Assembly (NCBI GenBank): GCA_022823505.1
Contig: JAJEIA010000034.1
Location: 15,492-79,491 of the forward strand
Direction of reading: 5' to 3'
DNA length: 64,000 bases
Origin: Dehalococcoidia bacterium
GTDB lineage: Bacteria; Chloroflexota; Dehalococcoidia; Lucifugimonadales; UBA3495
A program made the position numbers and the translations under genes. The notes beneath the pieces are model-generated. The model saw only the letters and a list, made by a program, of their open reading frames with translations. It searched no databases and was not told where the DNA came from. Of this stretch, positions 17,806 through 27,690 are shown piece by piece (the stretch's first letter is position 1; each line of letters begins with the position of its first letter).

Positions 17806-18414
17806 ATGGAGGAAGCACAAGAACGCACCACCCCGCTTATCGTGGTCGGCCTGGGGAACCCCGGGCCGCGCTACCGGGATACGCGGCACAACGTGGGCTT
17901 CGGGTGCGTCGACCTGCTGGCCGAGCGATGGGGGATCGCCGTCAAGGACCGTAGGCGCACCACCGTGCTGGGGCACGGCTACCGTGAGGGCAAGGCGGTC
18001 GTCCTGGCCAAACCGCGCACCTTCATGAACCTGTCCGGCGAGTCGGTGGGATACCTGCTGGCGCGGTTTGGCGGGAGGCCGTCGGACCTGATCATCGTTT
18101 ACGACGAGATGGCGCTCCCGCTGGGCCGCATCCGCCTGCGGGCCCGGGGTTCTGACGCCGGACACAACGGGATCAAGCACATCATTCGCACGGTTCACAC
18201 CATCGACTTTCCCCGGCTGCGCATCGGCATCGGCGGACCCGGAATGTCGGGCAGCGTCGATCATGTGCTCGGGCGGTTTTCGGATGACGAGCAACCTGCG
18301 ATGAAAGCGTCCATCGAGCGGGCTGCCGACGCGGTGGAGTGTTGGCTGGTCGACGGAATCGACATCGCGATGAACCGGTACAACACGGATCCACAGGCCG
18401 AGCAGCCAGCGTAG
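17806..18414 (+). CDS. pth: Peptidyl-tRNA hydrolase
   Basis: LIVVGLGNPGPRYRDTRHNVGF...GHNGIKHI. Confidence 0.95.
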   Translation: MEEAQERTTPLIVVGLGNPGPRYRDTRHNVGFGCVDLLAERWGIAVKDRRRTTVLGHGYREGKAVVLAKPRTFMNLSGESVGYLLARFGGRPSDLIIVYDEMALPLGRIRLRARGSDAGHNGIKHIIRTVHTIDFPRLRIGIGGPGMSGSVDHVLGRFSDDEQPAMKASIERAADAVECWLVDGIDIAMNRYNTDPQAEQPA

Positions 18415-18483
18415 AATCGGCACTGGCTGGGGACAGCAGCACGCACGGACGGCAGGCTACCACCCGGCACGAATGGACCGCTA

Positions 18484-20567
18484 TGGACATCAGGCGAATC
18501 ATGATCGGCGCGGCGTTGGCCGCGTTTTTGCTCATTGGGCTGGCCTGCGAAACAGGCTCCTCCGAACCGGCAACCGCGCTTCCCGACCCCACCATCAGCG
18601 CGCCTGCTGATCCGACTGTTGCAAGGACCAATCCGGCGCCGGAATCGACTTCCGTTGTTGCGGCCGGGCCCGGCACTGAGCGACCCGCGGGAGCCCCGCT
18701 GCGCGCAACGGAACCGATGGCGGACACCCAGACAACGGGGCCGGTTGATGTGATGGCGGCGGCCGACTTCCCGGTCCCGGCGGACCGCGACCTGCGTGAG
18801 TTGGCCCGGCAACTGCGGTGGAACGGTGTGGAGCCGGCTCCGGAGCCCGCTCGCTTCGAGGGCCAGTCGCTGGTCGTGGGCGATACGACCGACTTCTGGA
18901 CGCTGGACTACCCCCGCAGCCGGATGGTGAGCAAGGAGTTTGTCCTGGCGGCGGTGTCGGAACACGCCTACTGGTGGGTGGAACAGGGGCTTGAGGTGAG
19001 TGACAATGACCTGCGCCGGACGGTGACGAGCGCCGAGGACCAGGTGTATCCCCGGGTGACCGCCGTTTTTGGCGACGCTCCCGGCTCCGAGGCCGACCCG
19101 CAGCGGGGACACATCATCAACGGGAAGATACCGGGGGTCGGCGGGTACGTGTCCGGCGCGGACCCGCATCCGTCAGCGGTCCAGCCGTACAGCAACGCGG
19201 TGCCGGCGATCTACATCAACGCGCGGGACATCCCCCTGGGCAGCCAGGAGTACCTCACCGTGCTCGCCCACGAGCTGCAGCACGGGATCCACTGGTACGC
19301 CGACCCCACCGAGGAAACCTGGCTCAACGAGGGGCTCTCGGAACTGGCGGTCACCGAGGCGGGATATTCACCGGGCAGCATGCGTTACTACCTGCGGAGT
19401 CCCAACGCGTCGTTGGTCAACTGGCCCAAGGACCTTGATGGTGATATCGGCCGCAACTACGGGGCGGCGGCCCTGTTCGCCCATTATCTGCGGGAGCGCT
19501 ACGCTCCGGAGGGCAGATTGCATGACCTGCTGGCCGGTCCGGACAACGGCATCGCCGCCGTGGACACTTTCCTGGCCGGGCGCGGGGCGGTGTCCCATAC
19601 GGGTGAACCCGCCCGTTTCCGCACGGTATTCGCCGACTGGATCGTGGCCAACCTGCTGGATGACGATGGGGGTCCCCACGGATACGCGGGCCTGAACGTG
19701 GAGGCCAACATCACCAGGACGGAGCGCGTCGGAGACGAAGGGACGAAAGTGTCGCTGCCTCAGTATGGCATCGACTACGTCGAAGTGAAGAATGTCGAAG
19801 GCGACGTGACGATACTTTTCGAGGGCGACGGAGTGACGCGCCTGTTACCCACGAAAGTCCCGCAGGGCGGGTGCTGGTGGAGCAATCGGGGCGACGACAC
19901 TGCGTCCACGCTGACGCGCGAGATAGCCGTGCCTGACGCGCCCTCAAGTGGAGAAGAACCCTCGCTGACGTTCAATCTCTGGTACGACATCGAGGAAGAC
20001 TGGGATTACCTGTACGTCGAGGTGTCCACCGACACGGGAGCAACCTGGGACGTGCTCCCCGCCGACGGCGCCACCGACGCCAACCCAGTGGGCAACAGCT
20101 ACGGCTACGGGTACACCGGATCCGAAGACTGGGCCGAAGTGGCCGTTCCGCTCACCGACTACGCCGGCCAGGATGCGCTGGTGAGGTTCCACTACGTGAC
20201 CGACGACGCCATTCATGGTATCGGGGCCTGCGTGCATGACCCGTCGCTGTCGTGGGAAACCGCCGGCATGGATGGCGCGGACTGGCGGGCGGACGGGTTC
20301 GTGCTGGTCAACAATCGGGTCCAGCAGGACTGGATAGTGTGGGTGATCGAGGACGGCGCGGAGCCGGCGGCGGCGAGGATGGAGTTGGAGTGGGACGCGG
20401 ACAGCCAGCAGTACGCCGGTCACGTGGTCCATCAGCCGGTGGCCGACGGTGGACGGCTGGTCGTGGCGGTGGCCCCGGTGGCGCCGGCAACGATGGAGCG
20501 GGCCAGGTACCGCGTGTGGGCGATCACGGGTGTCCCGGGGCCGCCGAGTGGGCCAGGGCCCGGGTGA
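18484..20567 (+). CDS. Secreted/lipoprotein HExxH zinc metalloprotease (gluzincin-like)
   Basis: MDIRRIMIGAALAAFLLIGLAC is a lipobox-like signal. LAHELQHGIHWYADPTEETWLNEGLSE gives HExxH plus a downstream NEG/E ligand. The start is taken at the internal ATG of track ORF 18339..20567. Confidence 0.75.
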
Positions 20568-21126
20568 GCAGACACTCGGCGAATTCGCGGCGGCCGCCGG
20601 AGCGTTCGCATCCGAAGCAACGCCAGGTGACCGCAGGCAACGACACCTGGAACGACGCGGCATCGTCGCAGAAGGGGCAGGCGCCCGACAATTTCTGACG
20701 CTGGTGGGTGGTACTGCCCAGCTGGGAAAGGGACGTGAACCCGCCCACCAACCGGAGCAGCCGGCCCCGACGCACCGGCCCGGCGGGACCGTCGCCCACG
20801 TCAGGGCGATCCCGCCGGCGCAATTCGGCGAGTAACTCGGGGACGGCCGCCGGCAATTGCGCCCCAACTGGCCGGTGCACCATGGGCGGTTGGTTCCCCA
20901 GGCCAGCGACCCGAGCCATGACGACGACGAGGGTGTACAGACCGGCGCTGCTCAGGGCGGATATGCCGGAGACCAACTCACCGTTGCATGCCGCCCAAAG
21001 ATGATCCACGAACTGGTGCAGGTGGTCGTCGGTGTATTCCGGAAACGGCGTCACCGGCCAATCCGCTGACTCCGCATCCTCGCCCGTGAGAAACAGGTAA
21101 CTGTCCGTCGGAAGCGAGCTGGTCAC
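20524..21126 (-). CDS. Hypothetical protein with a C-terminal primase-type (CHC2-like) zinc ribbon
   Basis: The C-terminus, CPFCDDAASFQVSLPAVTWRCFGCERSGGRREF, resembles the DnaG/CHC2 finger (CPFH...F.V....W.CFGC..G...F), but with Cys in place of His. No Toprim or primase catalytic region follows. It overlaps the convergent protease gene's 3' end by 44 nt. Confidence 0.5.
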   Translation of the reverse strand: MTSSLPTDSYLFLTGEDAESADWPVTPFPEYTDDHLHQFVDHLWAACNGELVSGISALSSAGLYTLVVVMARVAGLGNQPPMVHRPVGAQLPAAVPELLAELRRRDRPDVGDGPAGPVRRGRLLRLVGGFTSLSQLGSTTHQRQKLSGACPFCDDAASFQVSLPAVTWRCFGCERSGGRREFAECLLTRALAHSAAPGHP

Positions 21127-21250
21127 AATGATGAAGACCTCCGGTGAGCGTTGATTCCACGATATGGAATCCCTCGCCGGAGGCGCAACGAGTCGATGTC
21201 AGCAGATTCTCGCCGGGACGGCGGTGGCCTGGCGAACTACGGTCCGGCGG

Positions 21251-22186
21251 CTACCCGGTCGTAGCGCCGGTGGCCCAGGCCTTGATCAAATGGTGGGCGA
21301 TGGCGATGGGACCCGGCACCGTCAGTTCTTCGCTGCGACCCTCCAGGGCCAGCAGGACCTCCGACCGGTCGAACCAGCGGACGTCGGTCATCTCCTCGTC
21401 GTCCATGTTGATGTCCGTGGTGTCGGCCTCCGCGAGGCAGCCGATCATCAGCGACGACGGGAAGGGCCACGGTTGGGACGAATGGTAGCGGACGTTTTTC
21501 ACCCGGATGCCGGCTTCCTCCATGACCTCCCGGGCCACGGCCTCTTCGATGGCCTCGCCCTGATCCATGAAGCCGGCCAGGGCGGAATAGGCGCGCATCC
21601 GCTGGAGCCGTCCCCTGGACTGGCCCAGGAGGCACCGGTCCCGCTCCACGTCGGCGACCACGGTGATGACCACGGGGTCGGTGCGGGGGAAGTGCTGGGC
21701 GTTGCAGGCCGGGCACTGGCGGACCTGGCCGCCGCGTTTCTTGTCGGTGGCGTGACCGCATACCGAGCAGAAGCCGTGGCGCAGGTTCCAGTCCAGTTGC
21801 GCTCGCGCGTGGGAAAGCAGGCCGGTGTTGGGGCCGGACATGGTCTCGCCGGCGGTGCGGCAGTCTTCAAAATGCCAGCCCGTCTCTTCCGCTACGCGGT
21901 CCGCCGCGTTGGTGGATTTGGACAGGTCGATCGAGAAGTGTGCCACGTCGTCCAGCAGGCCGAGAAAGATCCACTCGGCTTCGGGCGGCAATGATCGCAG
22001 TATGGCTGGGCTGAGCCAGCCGAGCTCGGGCGGAGTCTGGTCGGTCAGGAGAACGTTGAGGTTGCGGAAGGGCAGGAATTTGCTGGCCGGGTCCGCGGCC
22101 TGCTGGAGTATCCAATCCTCGTCGCGGCGCTCGGCTTCGCCGCGGTTGATGGGATTGTCGGCAAAGATATGGGGTGGATAGGTCAT
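21251..22186 (-). CDS. nudC: NADH pyrophosphatase (Nudix, NudC-like)
   Basis: Zinc ribbon CSVCGHAT...CPACNAQHFPRTDP followed by the Nudix box GFMDQGEAIEEAVAREVMEEAGI. Confidence 0.85.
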   Translation of the reverse strand: MTYPPHIFADNPINRGEAERRDEDWILQQAADPASKFLPFRNLNVLLTDQTPPELGWLSPAILRSLPPEAEWIFLGLLDDVAHFSIDLSKSTNAADRVAEETGWHFEDCRTAGETMSGPNTGLLSHARAQLDWNLRHGFCSVCGHATDKKRGGQVRQCPACNAQHFPRTDPVVITVVADVERDRCLLGQSRGRLQRMRAYSALAGFMDQGEAIEEAVAREVMEEAGIRVKNVRYHSSQPWPFPSSLMIGCLAEADTTDINMDDEEMTDVRWFDRSEVLLALEGRSEELTVPGPIAIAHHLIKAWATGATTG

Positions 22187-22296
22187 ACAAGTTCACCTGG
22201 CCGGTCACGTTCGGGTTTCTTTGGCTCACGCACGGTGGTCATGGAGCGTTTTATAACCCAAGCTTGCCGGTGCGACAAGGACTGGAGCAGTCTCAC

Positions 22297-22422
22297 GCGT
22301 ACCCAGTTTGTCATCGCGAGGAGCGTAGCGACGTGGCGGTCTCGTTGCCGGAAGAGCCGGTCCGGCCCCGACGGGATCGCTACGCTTCGCTCGCGATGAC
22401 ATTGCTTACAAACTGGGTACGC
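22297..22422. repeat. Imperfect palindromic intergenic element of about 126 bp (REP/MITE-like)
   Basis: The left arm, 22297-22331 (gcgtacccagtttgtcatcgcgaggagcgtagcga), is the reverse complement of the right arm, 22377-22422 (tcgctacgcttcgctcgcgatgac attgcttac aaactgggtacgc), apart from a 9-nt insertion and a small indel. It lies between nudC and the SBP56 gene. Only spurious short ORFs cross it. Confidence 0.5.
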
Positions 22423-22534
22423 ATCGGTCCGAAACGCGTGTTGCCCTGCCACCACCGGCCAATTAGAATGCCGTCACGCTAAATCGATGGCGTAACCGGT
22501 GGCAGGATCACACGAGATAGAGGAGACCGGACAG

Positions 22535-23917
22535 ATGGCGCTTTGGAGACCCGACCCCACCTTTTATCCCTCGGCGCGGCTGGCGATGGAGGCTCCGCAG
22601 GAGCGGCTGGCCTACGTTGCCGTCCTCAACCCTGGTTCGGGCGAACCGGACGCGATGACCGTGGTGGACTGCGACCCCAACTCATCGTCTTATTCCCAGG
22701 TGGTCCACTCGTTGGAAATGCCCCACGTGGGCGATGAGCTGCACCATTTCAACTGGAACGCCTGTAGCGCGGCCCTCTGCCCGTCTTCGGCCCACCCCCA
22801 TCTGGAACGCCGTTACCTGGTGGTTCCCAGCCTGGCCAACAGCCGCATTTACATTATCGACACGCAACCCGACCCGGAGCGGCCCCGGATCGTCAAGACC
22901 ATTGAGGCCGAACAGGTGCACCGGGCCGGCTACAGCCGCCCTCACACCGTTCACTGCGGGCCGGACGCGATTTACGTAAGCGCCCTCGGCTCCGCGGAGG
23001 GCGAGCGCCCGGGCGGCATCATGCTGCTGGATCACTATACCTTTGAGCCCATCGGGCCCTGGGAATTGGACCGGGGACCACAGGAACTGGCCTACGATTT
23101 CTGGTGGCACATCGGCATTGACACCATGATGACCAGCGAGTGGGGCACCCCTGAGATGTTCGAGAGCGGGGCCCGACTCGAGGACGTCGTTGGGCAGAAT
23201 TACGGCCACGTGCTGCACTTTTGGGATATGCGCCGCCGTGCCCACCGCCAGGCAGTCGACCTGGGAGCGCAGCATCAGATGGCCCTGGAGCTGCGCCCGG
23301 CGCACAACCCGACCCGGCACTACGGTTTCTGTGGGGTGGTCGTAAGCACCGAGGACCTGTCGGGCTCCATCTTCCTGTGGCACCGCGACGGCGACCAGTG
23401 GGCCGCGACCAAGGTAATTTCCATCCCGGCCGAACCTGCCGACGCCTCGGAGTTGCCGCCGGCGTTGCAGCCCCTGGGCGCCGTGCCGCCGCTGATCACG
23501 GACATCGACCTGTCGCTGGACGACCGTTTCCTCTACATCTCGTGCTGGGGCACCGGCAAGCTGCTGCAGTTCGACGTTTCGGACCCCTTCAACCCCAGGC
23601 AGACCGGCGAGCTGGAAATGGGCGGAGTCGTCCGCCAGGCTCCCCATCCCAACGGGGCCGCGCTGACCGGCGGGCCGCAGATGGTGGAAATCAGTCGTGA
23701 CGGCCGTCGGGTTTATCTCACCAATTCCCTGTATTCCTCGTGGGACGACCAGTTTTATCCCAACGGGCTGAACGGCTGGCTCAGCCGCATCGACGTGAAC
23801 CCTGAGGGCGGGATGTCGGTCAACCCCGATTTCTTCGTAGATTACGGCAAGACGCGCACCCACCAGGTGCGGCTGCAGGGAGGCGACGCCTCGTCCGATA
23901 CGTACTGCTTCCCATAG
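22535..23917 (+). CDS. Selenium-binding protein family (SBP56) / methanethiol-oxidase-like beta-propeller
   Basis: MALWRPDPTFYPS...LAYVAVLNP...HHFNWNAC...SRIYIIDT...HTVHCGPD...YISCWGTG are SBP56 hallmarks along the full length. A GAGGAG RBS precedes the ATG at 22535. Confidence 0.9.
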   Translation: MALWRPDPTFYPSARLAMEAPQERLAYVAVLNPGSGEPDAMTVVDCDPNSSSYSQVVHSLEMPHVGDELHHFNWNACSAALCPSSAHPHLERRYLVVPSLANSRIYIIDTQPDPERPRIVKTIEAEQVHRAGYSRPHTVHCGPDAIYVSALGSAEGERPGGIMLLDHYTFEPIGPWELDRGPQELAYDFWWHIGIDTMMTSEWGTPEMFESGARLEDVVGQNYGHVLHFWDMRRRAHRQAVDLGAQHQMALELRPAHNPTRHYGFCGVVVSTEDLSGSIFLWHRDGDQWAATKVISIPAEPADASELPPALQPLGAVPPLITDIDLSLDDRFLYISCWGTGKLLQFDVSDPFNPRQTGELEMGGVVRQAPHPNGAALTGGPQMVEISRDGRRVYLTNSLYSSWDDQFYPNGLNGWLSRIDVNPEGGMSVNPDFFVDYGKTRTHQVRLQGGDASSDTYCFP

Positions 23918-23954
23918 CAGCCATAATCGCGTCGGCTTTGGGGCCGTCGGTGCG

Positions 23955-24674
23955 GTGATGCCGGCAGTGCTGTTGCACGCCCTCATCCCCGACCCGGCGG
24001 CCCTGGCGTCGCTGGGGCCGTGGTTGGGACTGGCGGCGTTGGGTCTGTTCCACGGCCTGAACCCGGCCATGGGGTGGTTGTTCGCGGTGGCCCTGGCGTT
24101 GCAACGGCAGCGTCCGGCTCAGTTGTACCTGGCCACGGGATACATCGCCGCCGGCCATCTGGCATCCGTCGCCGTGGTAATGGTGGCGCTGTTGCTGGCC
24201 GGCGCGTTTCTGCCCCTGCGCTGGGTGCGGATCGCTGCCGGCGCGATTTTGCTGGGGTTTGGCCTGCTCCGATTGGCGCTCTACTACCGGCATCCCCGCT
24301 GGGTGGGCATGAACGTGGATGGCCGGGACCTGATCGCCTGGTCGTTTTTGATGGCGACGGCCCACGGCGCAGGCCTGATGCTCGCCCCGGTGGCGTTGGC
24401 CCTGACCGGACCGGACGCCCAGTCGGGAATCGCCGGCGATCTGGGCGAGCACGGCGGCTTTCTCTCTTTGACGGACGCCCCGATATGGTGGCTGGTGGGT
24501 CTCCTGATGCACACCATCGTCATGCTGGCGACGATGCTGGCGGCAGCGGTTGTGGTCTATTATCGGGTTGGCCTGGCGTTTTTGCGGAGGGGATGGATCA
24601 ACCTCGACTTACTGTGGGCCGGGTCTCTGGTCGCGGCCGGGCTGGTTACGCTCGTATGGGCGCTGGCGGGTTAG
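23955..24674 (+). CDS. Polytopic membrane protein of unknown function with two H-G motifs
   Basis: 239 aa with about 6 TM helices and repeated motifs GLFHGLNPAMGW and MATAHGAGLM. It starts 37 nt after the SBP56 gene on the same strand. Confidence 0.55.
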   Translation: MMPAVLLHALIPDPAALASLGPWLGLAALGLFHGLNPAMGWLFAVALALQRQRPAQLYLATGYIAAGHLASVAVVMVALLLAGAFLPLRWVRIAAGAILLGFGLLRLALYYRHPRWVGMNVDGRDLIAWSFLMATAHGAGLMLAPVALALTGPDAQSGIAGDLGEHGGFLSLTDAPIWWLVGLLMHTIVMLATMLAAAVVVYYRVGLAFLRRGWINLDLLWAGSLVAAGLVTLVWALAG

Positions 24675-24935
24675 CGGTCAATCCCAGGATCAGCAGCGGC
24701 AAACGCACGCGGATGCGTTCGGGGACCCCGGTTGGTGAATGGAACGCAAAGGAGACCAGCAGGGCGGCGAATGTTCGACCGCCGACGTGTTGACGGATGG
24801 CCGGCGCCGTCTATTTCGGTAGTCGACGGTCAGGTTCAGTGACGCCGCAGACCGCGCCCGGCGAAGTCTTCGTGATCGACCGGGCGGCATTGGGCCCAGC
24901 GGCATTGGGCCCGGCGGAGCCCGGCCGGCTCGCCG

Positions 24936-25742
24936 TCAGTCGGCAGCCGCCGACGGGTATTCCGGCCGGCGCCGCTCCCGCAGCGCGGCCAGGCCCTCCT
25001 TCACGTCGTCGCCGAAGAACCCCAGGGCCTCGGCAAGCAGTGAGTAGTCGAAGGAAGTGTGACCGGCCTGGCGGAGCCACTGGTTGAGGGCGCGCTTGGT
25101 GAACCGGATGGCGGGCTGGGGGCCGTCGGCGAGGCGGCGGGCGACCCTCATGGCGGTTTCCATCAGCTCCTCGCGGGGCACGGCCATGCTCACCAGGCCG
25201 ATGCGCTCCGCCTCCTTGCCGTCCAGGAAGTCGCAGGTGAGCAGGTAGTACTTGGCCTTGGCCATGCCGCAGAGCAGCGGCCAGATGATGGCGGCGTGAT
25301 CGCCGGCGGCGACGCCGAGGCGGATGTGCCCGTCGGTGATCCGCGCGTCCTCGGCGGCGATGGAGATGTCGGCCATGAGGGCGACGGCCAGGCCCGCGCC
25401 CACGGCCACGCCGTTGATGGCGGAGATGACCGGTTTGTCCAGGTTCAGGATGTTGTAGACGATATCTCCGGCCTCTTTGGTGTTCTGCGCGACGATGGCC
25501 GGATTGTCGATGGCCTGCTCGATCATCTCGAAGTCGCCGCCGGCGGAGAAGGCCTCACCGGCGCCCGTGACCACTGCGACCCGCACCTCGGGGTCGGCGG
25601 CGATGTCCAGCCAGATGCGGCTGAGCTCGTTATGCAGGCGGAAATTGGTGGAGTTCAGCGTCTCCGGACGGTTCATCGTGAGGGTGATGATCCCGTCGGA
25701 TTTTTCGATGAGCAGGTGCTGGTATGAGGAGTAGTCGGTCAA
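24936..25742 (-). CDS. Enoyl-CoA hydratase/isomerase (crotonase family)
   Basis: 268 aa. [13 protein letters not shown]...[14 protein letters not shown]...[14 protein letters not shown]. Confidence 0.9.
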   Translation of the reverse strand: MTDYSSYQHLLIEKSDGIITLTMNRPETLNSTNFRLHNELSRIWLDIAADPEVRVAVVTGAGEAFSAGGDFEMIEQAIDNPAIVAQNTKEAGDIVYNILNLDKPVISAINGVAVGAGLAVALMADISIAAEDARITDGHIRLGVAAGDHAAIIWPLLCGMAKAKYYLLTCDFLDGKEAERIGLVSMAVPREELMETAMRVARRLADGPQPAIRFTKRALNQWLRQAGHTSFDYSLLAEALGFFGDDVKEGLAALRERRRPEYPSAAAD

Positions 25743-26007
25743 TTTTGTCTCTCCCTGAAACGGGGACAGCCCTTACCGTAGTGACGAGCGTGGCGACACT
25801 GGTCTTTGCAACGCGGGTAGGGCCAGTGGCATTGGTTCGAGTGTCGGGATCTGCCGCTGAATTCCTCGTACACCACCATCCAAAATGGGAACAACGCTGC
25901 CATATAAAAAAGCAGCACGACCAGAAAAAAAGATCCATTCACCGGGACTCGTTGGAGATACAAGAAACATGGTGATGTCTCCTATCTGATCGCGTCTCCC
26001 AGCCATC

Positions 26008-27216
26008 CTACCAGACGACCTGCGCTTCCTGCAGGCTGGTGAGCTCGGCCTCGGCCATGCCCAGCAGGCCGCAGAATACTTCGTGGTTGTGCTCGCCCAG
26101 GTCAGGGGTCCAGCGCAGGGGGTCGGTGGGTGTGGCGGAGAAGCGCCACGGAGGGGCCACGGCTCGCTGCTCGCCCTTCTCGGCATGGACGGTGGCGGGG
26201 AAGGCGTCGCGTTCGGCCAGGTGCGGGTCGACCATGAGTTGGTCGGCGGACAGGGACGGAAAGGCGGCGACGCCGGCCGACTGCAGCAGGTCGGTGATCT
26301 CTCCCGCCGTCCGCGTCATCGTCCATTGGGACACTCGCTGCTCAAGGGTGTCTTGGTTCTGCCAGCGCAGGAAGGCATCGCCGTATTCGTCGGCATCCGC
26401 CCAGGCAGGATTATCCATGGCCTTTTTGAGCGAGCGCCATTCCTCGTCATCGCCCACTGCGATGGTGACCCATTGGTCTTCGCCGCGACAGGGAAACACG
26501 CCGTGGGGGGCCATGGCATCGTCCCGATTGCCCAGCCGGACAGCGTCGCGGTCGTTCATGGCGGTGTCCATCAGGGCGTGGCCCATGAAGGCGGTGGCGA
26601 TGTCGCGCACGGCGACGTCCGCGCGTTGTCCCACCTGGTGGCCGCGGTGGGCGCACAGGGCGGCGACGGCGGAGAAGGCGGCCATCATGCCGCCGGTGTG
26701 GTCCATGGCGTGGCGCAGTTCAACCGGCGGCCCGTCGGGGTAGCCGGTCAGATAGCCCAAGCCGCCCAAGGCCGCGAACATGGGGGCGTAGCCGGCGTAG
26801 CGCGCCTCCGGTCCGGTCTGACCGTTGGACGACAGCGACACCATGATGATGTCCGGCTTGATCTCGCGCAGTTGCGGGTAACCCAGGCCCAGGCGGTCCA
26901 TCACGCCGGGGCGAAAGTTCTCCAGAACAACGTCGGAGATGCGTACCAGGTCGTAAGCCAACTCCAGCGCCCTCGCCTCCTTGAGATTGAGGGTCACGGA
27001 GCGCTTGCTGGCGTTGACCTGCTCGAAGGACGACGGGGGCTTGCCGTACATGGCGTGGGGACGCCTCGTGATGTCCAGGCGTGCGGCTGATTCCACCTTG
27101 ATCACGTCGGCGCCGAGGGACGCCAGGATCATGCCGGCGAAGGGACCGGCGGCGTGGACGGAGAAGTCGGCGACGCGCACGCCGGAGAGAGGAGCGGATG
27201 TGTTGGTCATGGTCAC
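26008..27216 (-). CDS. Family III CoA-transferase (CaiB/BaiF-like), copy 1
   Basis: 402 aa. LSGVRVADFSVHAAGPFAGMILASLGADVIKVE... is a typical CaiB N-terminus. Confidence 0.9.
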   Translation of the reverse strand: MTMTNTSAPLSGVRVADFSVHAAGPFAGMILASLGADVIKVESAARLDITRRPHAMYGKPPSSFEQVNASKRSVTLNLKEARALELAYDLVRISDVVLENFRPGVMDRLGLGYPQLREIKPDIIMVSLSSNGQTGPEARYAGYAPMFAALGGLGYLTGYPDGPPVELRHAMDHTGGMMAAFSAVAALCAHRGHQVGQRADVAVRDIATAFMGHALMDTAMNDRDAVRLGNRDDAMAPHGVFPCRGEDQWVTIAVGDDEEWRSLKKAMDNPAWADADEYGDAFLRWQNQDTLEQRVSQWTMTRTAGEITDLLQSAGVAAFPSLSADQLMVDPHLAERDAFPATVHAEKGEQRAVAPPWRFSATPTDPLRWTPDLGEHNHEVFCGLLGMAEAELTSLQEAQVVW

Positions 27217-27226
27217 CGCCTGCCGG

Positions 27227-27454
27227 CTACGCGGCTGCTGAGCCGTTCTGGTATTTCTCCTGGTACTCCTGCAGTAGCGCGGGCAGCAGATCGGGGTTGG
27301 TGCGCGCCGCCGCGTTTAGCACCATCAGCATTTCCTGGGCTTCCCGCCTGGCATCTTTCTGCGCTTGTTTGCGACCTTCTTCGCGGCCCTCCGCTTTGGC
27401 CTGGTCGATGCGCCTCCGTCGTTCGGCTAAGGCGATGAACATCTTGACCCCCAA
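27227..27454 (-). CDS. Small charged hypothetical protein (start uncertain)
   Basis: 75 aa and Lys/Arg/Glu-rich, lying 10 nt upstream of the CoA-transferase gene. The frame stays open further upstream through a hydrophobic stretch (GLWEWGLFISISLIIIIEL) but has no canonical start codon there. Confidence 0.3.
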   Translation of the reverse strand: MGVKMFIALAERRRRIDQAKAEGREEGRKQAQKDARREAQEMLMVLNAAARTNPDLLPALLQEYQEKYQNGSAAA

Positions 27455-27650
27455 CTCAATAATGATAATCAGCGAGATGGAAATGAAAAGTCCCCATTCC
27501 CAAAGTCCAACGATTGCTTCTGGCGTTATGTCCCAACTCCACGGATGACCTCTCGCGAATAGTGTCAGCAGGTTGACCGGCCAGATGCGAGGATGATAAA
27601 GGGAAGATTCTTTATGGCATCGCTGAGTGGTATATCCATCCTACTCCGAT

Positions 27651-27677
27651 CCCGGCGGCGATATGGTCGCCGCCGGG
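27651..27677 (-). terminator. Strong GC hairpin just downstream of the SDR gene
   Basis: cccggcggcga-tatgg-tcgccgccggg is a perfect 11-bp stem 14 nt past the SDR stop. No clear U-tract follows. Confidence 0.35.
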
Positions 27678-27690
27678 CAGGGTCTGCCTT

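Noticed and set aside
24884-24912. Tandem 14-nt repeat gcggcattgggccc x2, just downstream of the crotonase gene
   Set aside because: There are only two copies. The self-complementary GGGCCC cores probably just form a terminator-like hairpin between convergent transcription units.
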